Positions 46,096 to 54,830 of a DNA stretch of 64,000 nt are shown one piece after another. Positions within the stretch are counted from its first letter, which is position 1; each line of letters opens with the position of its first letter. The DNA comes from Clostridia bacterium (GTDB lineage Bacteria; Bacillota; Peptococcia; DRI-13; SM3-B62). The position numbers and the translations under genes were made by a program. Where the stretch lies: contig JAHDSQ010000002.1 of NCBI GenBank assembly GCA_018432615.1, positions 31,054 to 95,053 on the forward strand, read 5' to 3'. Under the pieces are notes generated by a model that had not been told where the DNA came from, searched no databases, and worked only from the letters and a program-made list of their open reading frames with translations.

Positions 46096-46749
46096 CTATA
46101 TTTCCATTTCTTTCAGTTCGGGGCTGACTATCAATTCAGCCTCAGTTGCTTTTTTCACCTCTTCTATCGTTACCCCCGGCCCTAATTCCTTCAAAAGGAA
46201 TCCATCTTTTGTAACTTCTATTACCGCTTTCTCCGTTACGATCAAATCTACTTCTTCCTTAGCGGTCAGAGGCAAGGTGCACTTTTTCAGGATCTTAGGA
46301 CTGCCATCTTTCGCACAATGCTCCATCGCAATGATTACCTTCTTTGCCCCAACTGTTAAATCCATCGCTCCGCCCATACCCGGTACGATTTTACCCGGCA
46401 CCATCCAATTCGCTAAATTTCCCTTCTCGTCAACCTGCAGTCCGCCTAACACAGTAATATCTAAACGTCCTCCCCTAATAACCATAAAGGAAAAACAACT
46501 GTCAAAATAGGCTCCGCCAGGAAGGATCGTAACAGGCTGGCCTCCCGCATTGCTAATATCCGAATCTTCCTGTCCTTTTGGCGGGACAGGACCCATACCG
46601 ATGATACCGTTCTCCGACTGGAAGGTGACTTCAACTCCCTCCGGTACATAATTGGCTACCATCGTAGGCATACCAATCCCCAAATTTACTAGGTTGCCAT
46701 TTTTAAATTCCTGCCCCACTCTTCTGGCAATAATCTCCCGACTATTCAT
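46096..46749 (-). CDS. 3-oxoacid/acetoacetate CoA-transferase subunit B
   Basis: The start at 46749 follows AAAGGTGGTG. FQSENG and GGAMD motifs. Confidence 0.85.
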   Translation of the reverse strand: MNSREIIARRVGQEFKNGNLVNLGIGMPTMVANYVPEGVEVTFQSENGIIGMGPVPPKGQEDSDISNAGGQPVTILPGGAYFDSCFSFMVIRGGRLDITVLGGLQVDEKGNLANWMVPGKIVPGMGGAMDLTVGAKKVIIAMEHCAKDGSPKILKKCTLPLTAKEEVDLIVTEKAVIEVTKDGFLLKELGPGVTIEEVKKATEAELIVSPELKEMEI

Positions 46750-46750
46750 T

Positions 46751-47431
46751 TTACGCACCACCTTTCACTTCAATTGCCGGTTGTTTCGCTGGGACAATAG
46801 CGTCCACGAAAACACCGGGCATCATTACTTCATCAGGATCGATCTCACCGATCTCAACAATATTCTCTGCTTCAACAGCAACATAATCGGCCGCCATCGC
46901 CATTAAGGGATTAAAATTCCTGCTGGTAGCCCGGAAAACTAAGTTCCCCTTTTTATCGGCTTTATAGGCTTTTATTAAAGCTATCTCTGCCCGCAGCGGT
47001 AATTCCAATAAGTACTCCTTACCATTAACAGTAATCTTTTGTTTTCCCTCTTCCACAATCGTACCTACCCCTGTCGGAGTCAAAATACCTCCGAGTCCGC
47101 CGCCCCCGGCTCTAATCCTCTCGGCCAGCGTTCCCTGCGGAACCAGTTCCACTTCCATCTCTTTTGCATTCATTTGGCGCCCAGTCTCAGCGTTAGTCCC
47201 GACATGAGACACAATAGCCTTCTTAATCTGTTTGCTGACAACAAGCTTGCCAATACCCTTGTCTAAAAAGCCCGTATCATTGCCAATTACAGTCAGATCT
47301 CGTGTTCCCTTTTCCACTATCGCATCTACAAATCCCTCCGGCGTTCCTACAGCCAGAAATCCTCCAATCATTATCACACTACCATCAACGATACGATCCA
47401 TTACTGTTTTCAAGTCACTTATCTTGCTCAT
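46751..47431 (-). CDS. 3-oxoacid/acetoacetate CoA-transferase subunit A
   Basis: 226 aa. [15 protein letters not shown]... and [20 protein letters not shown] signature. Confidence 0.85.
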   Translation of the reverse strand: MSKISDLKTVMDRIVDGSVIMIGGFLAVGTPEGFVDAIVEKGTRDLTVIGNDTGFLDKGIGKLVVSKQIKKAIVSHVGTNAETGRQMNAKEMEVELVPQGTLAERIRAGGGGLGGILTPTGVGTIVEEGKQKITVNGKEYLLELPLRAEIALIKAYKADKKGNLVFRATSRNFNPLMAMAADYVAVEAENIVEIGEIDPDEVMMPGVFVDAIVPAKQPAIEVKGGA

Positions 47432-47481
47432 TCACACTCACCCCTTTGTTTTTTGTTTTCATTCTCTGCCTATATAACTTA

Positions 47482-47497
47482 GCAAGTATCATGCCAA
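47482..47497 (-). promoter_or_regulatory. sigma-54 (-24/-12) promoter
   Basis: Minus strand: TTGGCATGATACTTGCTAAG with canonical TGGCAT-N5-TTGCT spacing. It lies about 50 nt upstream of the CoA-transferase A start. Confidence 0.85.
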
Positions 47498-47539
47498 TCT
47501 CAATATACCTCAAAGGCCTTGGTATCTCTGTTTCAAAAA

Positions 47540-47593
47540 AATAAGAGGGAACAGATGCGATACAATATTGTATCGCATCTGTTCCCTCTTATT
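47540..47593 (-). terminator. 54-bp perfect palindrome: intrinsic terminator of the activator gene, with a dyad motif at its apex
   Basis: AATAAGAGGGAACAGATGCGATACAAT|ATTGTATCGCATCTGTTCCCTCTTATT, followed on the minus strand by TTTTTTGAAA. Confidence 0.75.
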
Positions 47594-47675
47594 TCTAAAA
47601 ATATGCAGTCAACTCCGTTATATATACGTCCCTTTTCGATACGATATTGCATCACATCTGATACAACATTGTATC
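47559..47675. promoter_or_regulatory. three copies of a 16-bp dyad (GATACAAnATTGTATC): candidate enhancer (UAS) sites for the sigma-54 activator
   Basis: GATACAATATTGTATC (47559-47574), GATACGATATTGCATC (47638-47653), GATACAACATTGTATC (47660-47675). All lie upstream of the -24/-12 element. Confidence 0.6.
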
Positions 47676-47676
47676 C

Positions 47677-49776
47677 CTAGGAATTGTTCTTTATTCCATA
47701 TTTTCTGGCCTTCCGGACTACGGTAGGCTGGCTTACCCTTAATACAGCCGCAGCCCTGCGGGTACTTTTGTGCCTGTCTAACGCTTTAGTTATCATATGT
47801 CTTTCCAGGTCGGCCACAGCCTCCTCCAAAGACATATCCTGCACCTGGGACAGGATATCAGGCCCTGTCAAATTCTGCTTATATAATAAAGCCCAGATAT
47901 TCTCGCGGTCAATCACATCTTCACGTACTATAACAACCAGCCTTTCAATCAGGTTTTTCAACTCCCGGACATTACCGGGCCAATTGTAGTCATAGAGAAC
48001 TTCTAAAGCCTGGCTACTGAACTGTTTACTACGACCGTATTTATTATTAAAAAAGTTCAAATAGTGTATGATCAAAAGCGGAATATCTTCCCGCCGCCGC
48101 CGAAGCGGCTGGATTTCTATCGGAATAACATTTAATCTATAAAACAGGTCTTCGCGAAACTCTCCCTTTTTCGCTAAAAGCTTTAGGTCTTTATTTGTTG
48201 CCGCGATGATTCTGGTGTCCAGTTTTTGAGGCTTTGTCCCTCCGATACGCGTGACCTCCATTTCTTGCAAGACTCTCAACAGTTTGCCTTGAAGATTTAA
48301 CGGCAAATCCCCAATCTCATCAAGCAAAATAGTACCTGTATCGGCAAGTTCAAACATACCGGGTTTGCCTTTACTCTGCGCACCTGTGAACGCTCCTTTT
48401 TCATAGCCGAATAATTCTGACTCCAGTAAGCTCTCGGGAATAGCTGCGCAGTTTAACTTAATAAAAGGCCCATTCTTGCGCGGGCTATTTTTGTGTATGG
48501 TCAGTGCTATTACATCCTTGCCAACCCCTGTTTCGCCTAAAAGAAGCACGGTGGCATCAACCTGAGAGGCCCGACAAGCCAAATCAAGCAACTGTTTTGT
48601 CTCTTTGCTCTGCCCAATGATTTCCGTGCTACCCATTTGTTGCTGACGTAAATGCTCCAACTCAAAATGATATTTTCGCGTCAACCTTTCCGTCTTCTCC
48701 AGCTTCTCTTTTAAATTTATAAGCTCGGTAATGTCCCGCACTGTGGTAACAACACTTATTATCTCACCATTTTCATCAACAACGGGATTCCCGGTTATCA
48801 AGCAACGTTTCGAACCTTTAATGGTATGCATGATTGTAACCGGTTGTTTCTTTTCCAACACAATCAGTGTTACTGACTGCGAATAATAACCTACATCAAC
48901 AAGTTCTTGCATGTGCTTGCCGATTACTTCTTCCGCCTTAACATCTGTTATCCTGGTATAGGATTTGTTGATACGAGTCGTATATCCCTTGCCGTCAGTA
49001 ATGTACAAGCCATCATAGACTGAATCGATAATGGCATTTAGCTCCTTGTTCAGTTCTTTGGAAGCTTTCAATTCGGATGCAATATGTTCCAGGTCGGATA
49101 TATCCTGAAATACGGATACAGCCCCGATAGTTTTACCACCCTTAATTATGGGCGAACGGTTAGTGATAGCCGTTACATTACCAAACTGTATCTTTATGCT
49201 ATGCTTGCACTCTCCTGTACTCAGGGTGTCCAAAAGTCCTGTTGTAGGGATAACATCCATAACATGTTTCTCTACGGCATCTTGAGCCAAAATACCCGTT
49301 ATCCTTTCTGCCGCATGATTCCAATTTGTAATATAGCCTTCCTTATCTACCGCGATAATGGCATTATATGCCGCATTTAGTATAACCTCCAGTTTATCAT
49401 GAGAAAGCTCAATCTCACGAACATATGTCTTCAACAAATCGGTACGGGTAATTATTCCCTTTACCTTCCCGGTATTATCCACCACAGGCATACGACCTAC
49501 TTTGGTATTCCATATCTCCTTTACAGGGGTTTCCATCGAGGCCGTCACTACTTCGGTAGTCATCAGCTTTTCTACGGGAGTATCGTCGGGAAGCCCTAAA
49601 CCAACCACATCCATTACATGCCCTTTGGTAAAAAGGCCCACCAGTTTACCCCTTTCATCGACTACAGGAGCTCCGTCAATTTTCTTTTTCCTGAACTCAA
49701 AAGCCGCATGTTTAACACTGTCTGAAGCTTTTAAACAAAACGGCTTCGCTGTCATGATATCCTTGGCTTTCTTCAT
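47677..49776 (-). CDS. sigma-54-dependent transcriptional activator (CBS pair - PAS - PAS - AAA+ - HTH)
   Basis: 699 aa. N-terminal CBS pair (IMTAKPFCL..., MPVVDNTGKVKGIITRTDLL), PAS domains, Walker A GETGVGKD, GAFTGA (EKGAFTGAQS), and HTH. Confidence 0.85.
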   Translation of the reverse strand: MKKAKDIMTAKPFCLKASDSVKHAAFEFRKKKIDGAPVVDERGKLVGLFTKGHVMDVVGLGLPDDTPVEKLMTTEVVTASMETPVKEIWNTKVGRMPVVDNTGKVKGIITRTDLLKTYVREIELSHDKLEVILNAAYNAIIAVDKEGYITNWNHAAERITGILAQDAVEKHVMDVIPTTGLLDTLSTGECKHSIKIQFGNVTAITNRSPIIKGGKTIGAVSVFQDISDLEHIASELKASKELNKELNAIIDSVYDGLYITDGKGYTTRINKSYTRITDVKAEEVIGKHMQELVDVGYYSQSVTLIVLEKKQPVTIMHTIKGSKRCLITGNPVVDENGEIISVVTTVRDITELINLKEKLEKTERLTRKYHFELEHLRQQQMGSTEIIGQSKETKQLLDLACRASQVDATVLLLGETGVGKDVIALTIHKNSPRKNGPFIKLNCAAIPESLLESELFGYEKGAFTGAQSKGKPGMFELADTGTILLDEIGDLPLNLQGKLLRVLQEMEVTRIGGTKPQKLDTRIIAATNKDLKLLAKKGEFREDLFYRLNVIPIEIQPLRRRREDIPLLIIHYLNFFNNKYGRSKQFSSQALEVLYDYNWPGNVRELKNLIERLVVIVREDVIDRENIWALLYKQNLTGPDILSQVQDMSLEEAVADLERHMITKALDRHKSTRRAAAVLRVSQPTVVRKARKYGIKNNS

Positions 49777-49918
49777 ACGCCCCCTCCAATCCGGTCAAAC
49801 AAACACCCTGCTTTATGCTACTTCTTGCTTAAATTATACCTTGTAAATGCAGACAGTTACTATTATCTTTGGTGTTGTAATCTTTTATGAAATAAATTAG
49901 CCACCAAAGATGGCAGCT

Positions 49919-50184
49919 TCATTTATAAATATCTCCTCTGCTTCCTATTGCGACAATAATTATTACAGCTTCAGCTTCTTCATCTTTAATACTATAAATA
50001 ACTCTTAAGCTCCCAACTCTATATCTGTATAATCCGGTTAATTCTCCATGTAGTCTTCTTGAGTTTACGTTACTATAAAGATTTTCTTTCAACTCTTTGA
50101 AACACTTATTCAATTGGTTCTTTGTTTTTTATTACTTTTTTCATAATACTTGGCCGCTTCCTTGGTTAAAAGAATATTATGCAT
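49919..50184 (-). pseudogene. RelE/ParE-family type II toxin, interrupted by a frameshift in an A6 run
   Basis: The ATG at 50184 overlaps the antitoxin stop (ATGCATAA). Frame A gives MHNILLTKEAAKYYEKSNKKQRTN*. Track ORF 49919-50113 continues in another frame with ...NKCFKELKENLYSN...LHGELTGLYRYRVGSLRVIYSIKDEE..IIIVAIGSRGDIYK. One extra A at 50125-50130 would restore an 88-aa toxin. Confidence 0.75.
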
Positions 50185-50401
50185 TAGTAACCACGTCTTC
50201 TAATCTGACTAGATCCTCGCTGTTCATTTGAGAAATTCCCTTTTGAATCGCTTTCACTAATTCACTATCACTCATTATTTCATTTGTTGCTTCAACTTCT
50301 TCTTTCACTCTTAAAAACTCTAAATAATCTACTACTTGGGCAATCTTTTTCTCTGATATATTATCAATCATCTCATGTGCTCTTTTCCTAAGCTTAACCA
50401 T
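50177..50401 (-). CDS. type II antitoxin (family not assigned)
   Basis: The probable start at 50401 follows GGGGGA. MVKLRKRAHEMIDNISEKKIAQVVDYLEFLRVKEE... Its stop overlaps the toxin start. Confidence 0.6.
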   Translation of the reverse strand: MVKLRKRAHEMIDNISEKKIAQVVDYLEFLRVKEEVEATNEIMSDSELVKAIQKGISQMNSEDLVRLEDVVTNA

Positions 50402-50555
50402 AACATCATCCCCCTTTTGGATGTTCTTATATATATTATACAATAAATCAGTGCTTTAATAAGCATCTTTTATTGGTGTTATAGAAGCCTCCTGAAATTC
50501 ACATGTCTTAACTGCTAACGAAGTCTCTCAGCCTCAGATAGCTCATATTGATGGA

Positions 50556-50645
50556 TTAATGCTTTCTAGATAATTTTGATAGAACCCAAATACCTATAAT
50601 AGACACAGCCAATATTAATGTGATAACTTTTAAGTTCTTTTTCAA
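50556..50645 (-). CDS. possible 29-aa single-TM peptide
   Basis: Below the track cut-off. GGAGGAG RBS 5 nt before a TTG start. Product (M)KKNLKVITLILAVSIIGIWVLSKLSRKH. Confidence 0.35.
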   Translation of the reverse strand: MKKNLKVITLILAVSIIGIWVLSKLSRKH

Positions 50646-50716
50646 CGTTTCTCCTCCATGCAATAAAAGAATTACTGTTGAACTTGATTCATATGAAATG
50701 TTTAAATATGAATCGC

Positions 50717-51781
50717 TTAAAGCCGGATAAACCTCTTCACCAACCGCCGCACATATCCCTTTTTAGACTTATACACATAAGATGCCGGTATTACCGTACA
50801 GGAAACTATCAGCAACATAAGCAAAAAGTTTATTGTTGTGGAAGGCACTGCCAAATCAACCGCAATATCCTGAGCAATGTAAAGCATCAAAGGGTGAGCC
50901 AAATAAATGTAATAGGAGCTGTCACTTATTTTCAACAACGTTTCCCGCAATATACCGCTGTTTTTCTTATCTAAATAATCGGCAAGGTAAAAATAGAACA
51001 AAATCGCAAACACGGAAAATATCAACCAAATCATATTCACGGCAAAGGATCCGAAGAAACTGACCGCAAAGTTGTCTGTATAAAACTGATAGGTGTATAG
51101 AAGACACAAGGCCAAATACACTGACCCGAGCAAAAATTTATACCGACTGATTTTCTCTCTCATACATTCATAATTCTTCGCAAAATAACAACCAAAAGCA
51201 AAAAAGAAAATGTACTGCATAAAGAATCTATCGATATACTCGAAATAAACATACTTCATAAAAACCACATTCGCGATGAAAAAGGCCAGAATCACCAAAT
51301 GAGAATTAAATTTAGTAAACACGTAACGAAATATGCCAAAAAGCAAATAAAACTGAGTGATAATCAAAACAAAATAAAGGTTATAAACCATATCGGCATG
51401 AAGCAGTTTGTCTAAGAAATAATCGAATGAAAAGTTTTCATACCCCTTATAGATGAAATAATAGTAATAAACAATCGTCCATAAAAAATAAGGCACCAAA
51501 ACGCTCTTCAGCCTTTTATGCCAGAAACTAAGATATTTTATCGGTCGATCATGATAATTATAAAAAAGTATTACCCCGCTAATAAAAATAAAAGTAGGGG
51601 TTGTGAACTTTAAGGATCTGTTTATCAACGAAAAAAGAAGTCTGGTGGTTTCGCCTGCTGTTTCGGAGAATATAGAAACAGCAGTTGTATGCACCAGAAT
51701 AACCGCCAAGGCAGCCATAGCCCTTAATATATTGACTTCATATAATCTTTGCTTCACGTTACTACTACTATTTTTTATCAT
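50717..51781 (-). CDS. acyltransferase family 3 (membrane O-acyltransferase)
   Basis: 354 aa, about 10 TM segments. N-terminal ILRAMAALAVILVHT is typical of Acyl_transf_3. Confidence 0.75.
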   Translation of the reverse strand: MIKNSSSNVKQRLYEVNILRAMAALAVILVHTTAVSIFSETAGETTRLLFSLINRSLKFTTPTFIFISGVILFYNYHDRPIKYLSFWHKRLKSVLVPYFLWTIVYYYYFIYKGYENFSFDYFLDKLLHADMVYNLYFVLIITQFYLLFGIFRYVFTKFNSHLVILAFFIANVVFMKYVYFEYIDRFFMQYIFFFAFGCYFAKNYECMREKISRYKFLLGSVYLALCLLYTYQFYTDNFAVSFFGSFAVNMIWLIFSVFAILFYFYLADYLDKKNSGILRETLLKISDSSYYIYLAHPLMLYIAQDIAVDLAVPSTTINFLLMLLIVSCTVIPASYVYKSKKGYVRRLVKRFIRL

Positions 51782-51798
51782 TTATTTTAAGAAACCTT

Positions 51799-53625
51799 TC
51801 ACTCTACTGTAACGCTCTTGGCCAGATTCCTGGGTTGGTCAACATTGCACCCCCGCACACATGCTGCATAATATGCCAACAGTTGTAACGGAATTACCGC
51901 CAGCACAGGGCTGACAATGTTCTCAATACGCGGGATATAAATAACCTCATTGACGGTCTTTAATATCTCAGTGTCGCCCTCGTTCGCCAGTCCGATCACA
52001 TAGGCATCACGGGCAGTAACCTCTTTGATGTTACTGAGAGTTTTTTCGTAAGTCTTCTCCTGTAAGGCAATAGCAACAACAGGAGTATCGGCCGTCACTA
52101 AAGCTAGCGTACCGTGTTTCATTTCTCCCGCAGCGTAAGCCTCGGCATGAATATAGGATATCTCCTTAAGCTTCAGGGAACCTTCTTGAGCAATATGGTA
52201 ATCAAAACCGCGCCCGATGAAGAAAAGATGTTCACAACCCTTTAGACTTTCTGCCAATCTCAGATAATAATCCTTTTGCCCCAGTATTTTCCTTGTATTA
52301 TCAGGCAGTTCCTGTAAAGCCGCGAGTATCTTTTCTGCTTTATCTTTGTCAATAGTCCCTTTGACCTGTGCGAGATATACAGATACAAGATACTGTGCTA
52401 TCAACATCGTAGTATATGCCTTAGTCGAAGCCACGGCTATTTCCGGCCCTGCCCACAAGTACACAGTTTTGTGGGCTTCCCGTGAAATGGTACTGCCTAC
52501 TACGTTTGTAATCGCGATAGTGGTTGCTCCTTTGGCCTTTGCTTCCCGCAACGCAGCCAGGGTATCGGCAGTCTCTCCCGATTGACTGATAAACAAGGCT
52601 AATGTTTTTTCATTAACCAACGGTTCGCGATAGCGAAATTCCGAAGCGATATCCACTTCCACCGGGATACGTAAGAACCCCTCAATAAGCGGTTTGCCGA
52701 TTAATCCGGAATGATAAGCTGTTCCGCAAGCTACTATAAATACCTTTTCCCATCTATCGACCTGTTTTTTGGTAAATTCCAACTCATCCAGCTTGACCTT
52801 CCCGTCTTGAATCCGCCCACTCAGAGTTTTTTTGAAGGCTTCAGGCTGTTCAAAAATTTCTTTAAGCATAAAATGCTCAAAGCCACCCTTTTCCGCTGCC
52901 TCGGCATCCCATTCAACGTGAAATACTTTACGCTCGACAGGCTTGTTATCCGTATCGAGGATTGTAGCTTTGTCTTTTGTTAACAGCACAACTTCACCGT
53001 CTTCAATAAGATAGACATCCCTGGTGTGATTGAGAATGGCCGGAATATCAGAGGCAATAAAATTCTCCCCTTCCCCCAACCCAACGATGAGCGGGCTGTC
53101 CTTCCGTGCCGCAACCAATTTATCAGGTTCATGGATGGATACCACGCCCAATGCATACGAACCCTTTATTACCGCCATGGCTTTCCTGACTGCCTCCACC
53201 AAATCTCCTGCATAATAGTTTTCCACCAGGTGAGCTATTACTTCCGTATCCGTTTCCGAGGCGAACACATCGCCTCTCTCTTCAATCAACTGTTCCTTTA
53301 ATTCCAGGTAGTTCTCAATTATTCCATTGTGAACTACGGCAAAATCATCTGAATAGCCTTTATGGGGATGAGAATTTACATCATTAGGTCTGCCGTGGGT
53401 AGCCCACCGTGTATGTCCGATGCCAAGAAAACCGGAAGGATTAAACTCCTCCAATTTTTTTTCTAATTTGTCCAATTTACCAACCGTTTTCACGACTGTT
53501 AACCCACCATCTTCTATTACCGCAACACCTGCTGAATCGTAACCCCTGTATTCCAGTTTTTTGAGCCCTGCAAGCAATATAGGGGTCGCCTCTTTCGAAC
53601 CAATGTAACCTACAATACCACACAT
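51799..53625 (-). CDS. glmS: glutamine--fructose-6-phosphate aminotransferase (isomerizing)
   Basis: The true start is MCGIVGYIG at 53625 (track ORF over-extended to 53679). Two SIS domains and the C-terminal ...NLAKSVTVE. Confidence 0.9.
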   Translation of the reverse strand: MCGIVGYIGSKEATPILLAGLKKLEYRGYDSAGVAVIEDGGLTVVKTVGKLDKLEKKLEEFNPSGFLGIGHTRWATHGRPNDVNSHPHKGYSDDFAVVHNGIIENYLELKEQLIEERGDVFASETDTEVIAHLVENYYAGDLVEAVRKAMAVIKGSYALGVVSIHEPDKLVAARKDSPLIVGLGEGENFIASDIPAILNHTRDVYLIEDGEVVLLTKDKATILDTDNKPVERKVFHVEWDAEAAEKGGFEHFMLKEIFEQPEAFKKTLSGRIQDGKVKLDELEFTKKQVDRWEKVFIVACGTAYHSGLIGKPLIEGFLRIPVEVDIASEFRYREPLVNEKTLALFISQSGETADTLAALREAKAKGATTIAITNVVGSTISREAHKTVYLWAGPEIAVASTKAYTTMLIAQYLVSVYLAQVKGTIDKDKAEKILAALQELPDNTRKILGQKDYYLRLAESLKGCEHLFFIGRGFDYHIAQEGSLKLKEISYIHAEAYAAGEMKHGTLALVTADTPVVAIALQEKTYEKTLSNIKEVTARDAYVIGLANEGDTEILKTVNEVIYIPRIENIVSPVLAVIPLQLLAYYAACVRGCNVDQPRNLAKSVTVE

Positions 53626-53677
53626 ATTAGTATTTCCCCCATTCATTGACGCAACCATAGTTAATATAATATATACC

Positions 53678-53721
53678 ATAAAAAAAGTTGCCTGTCATTG
53701 TTCAGCGCTTCGGCAACTTTA
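53678..53721 (-). terminator. intrinsic terminator after the GGDEF gene
   Basis: Minus strand: AAAGTTGCC - 19 nt - GGCAACTTT followed by TTTTTTATGG. Confidence 0.65.
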
Positions 53722-53780
53722 TAATACGATTTTACATTATAACGGCACACTCCACAAGAGATATTCCCTAAATAATCTCA

Positions 53781-54737
53781 TTATTCTTCGAATCCTTTTT
53801 CTTCGCCGGTTTCTTCTTCACCATAAATATGCACCCTATTGCGTCCTTTTTCTTTTGCTTTGTACATAGCCGCATCGGCCTCACTCATCAAGTTCTTCAA
53901 AATCTTGTCCACCTCGGTTCTCACCTTATTGCCGCGATAAACTGAAATACCGATACTAACCGTAGTATACAGCTGATGTTTCCCCACAAAAAACGGAGTT
54001 TCGGCAATTATACGACGCAGGCGTTCTGCCAACAGTTTTGCTCCTTCAACATCCGTATCCGGCAGTGCTATGGTAAACTCCTCACCACCGACCCTTCCTG
54101 CCAAATCGCTGACACGAATATTAGTTTCCAGCAGCGAAGAAATATGCACCAGAACCTCATCCCCCACAATATGCCCAAATCTGTCGTTGACGCTTTTGAA
54201 ATCATCTACATCCAGAAAGAGCATTGCACAACACCTATCGCTTCTTTGAATCAACTCCAGTATTTGTTTGCCGCGTTTAAAAAAGTAAAAACGATTCGCC
54301 AAGCCCGTTAAATGATCATAATGGGCGTGTTTTTCCAAGACATACATGAGTTGGGCAACCTTTTCGCCCATTTGTTGGAAGGACTTGTTAAGAACAGCTA
54401 CTTCCTCGTAGACCGGATCATCAAGCACCGTCCATGAAATCATATCAGCTCTGTAATTTTCATTGAAAGCATCGGCCTTCCCGGCTATCTTTGTTATAGG
54501 ATAAACTATTTTTTTCGCATAATACCTTATCAACGGATACATAACAAGCGACAAGATAAAAGCAACAAACAGTGCTGCTTTGATAGTAATAAGATGCCCT
54601 TCCCCCGGTGCCCCATGGTAATAAAAATACGAACAGACGAGGAGACTAAAAACAGCAGATACAATAACAGCCACCAATGACAGCCTAATCAGTACCTGAT
54701 AAAGTTTCGGTTTGGTGGAATTAGACAATATTTCCAT
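53781..54737 (-). CDS. diguanylate cyclase (two TM segments plus GGDEF domain)
   Basis: GGEEF active-site motif (RVGGEEFTIALP) with an RxxD I-site (RVSD) upstream. Confidence 0.85.
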   Translation of the reverse strand: MEILSNSTKPKLYQVLIRLSLVAVIVSAVFSLLVCSYFYYHGAPGEGHLITIKAALFVAFILSLVMYPLIRYYAKKIVYPITKIAGKADAFNENYRADMISWTVLDDPVYEEVAVLNKSFQQMGEKVAQLMYVLEKHAHYDHLTGLANRFYFFKRGKQILELIQRSDRCCAMLFLDVDDFKSVNDRFGHIVGDEVLVHISSLLETNIRVSDLAGRVGGEEFTIALPDTDVEGAKLLAERLRRIIAETPFFVGKHQLYTTVSIGISVYRGNKVRTEVDKILKNLMSEADAAMYKAKEKGRNRVHIYGEEETGEEKGFEE

Positions 54738-54830
54738 CTCCTCTGGCTGCTGTACGTTAAGTCTTATTAAACTAATTCACTAATACTTCGACAATTCCTC
54801 CTTTTTTTCTATTATTATGAGTTATTATAA

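Noticed and set aside
53626-53780. Expected a glmS ribozyme in the leader of glmS, as is common in Firmicutes
   Set aside because: Only about 155 nt separate glmS from the upstream GGDEF gene, and a third of it is that gene's terminator hairpin. I could not find the conserved ribozyme core segments by eye. A covariance-model scan would settle it.
54738-54830. Strong Shine-Dalgarno-like AAGGAGGAA on the minus strand between purD and the GGDEF gene
   Set aside because: No usable start codon follows at a functional distance, only a 7-codon ATT-initiated frame. It is probably fortuitous or a remnant.
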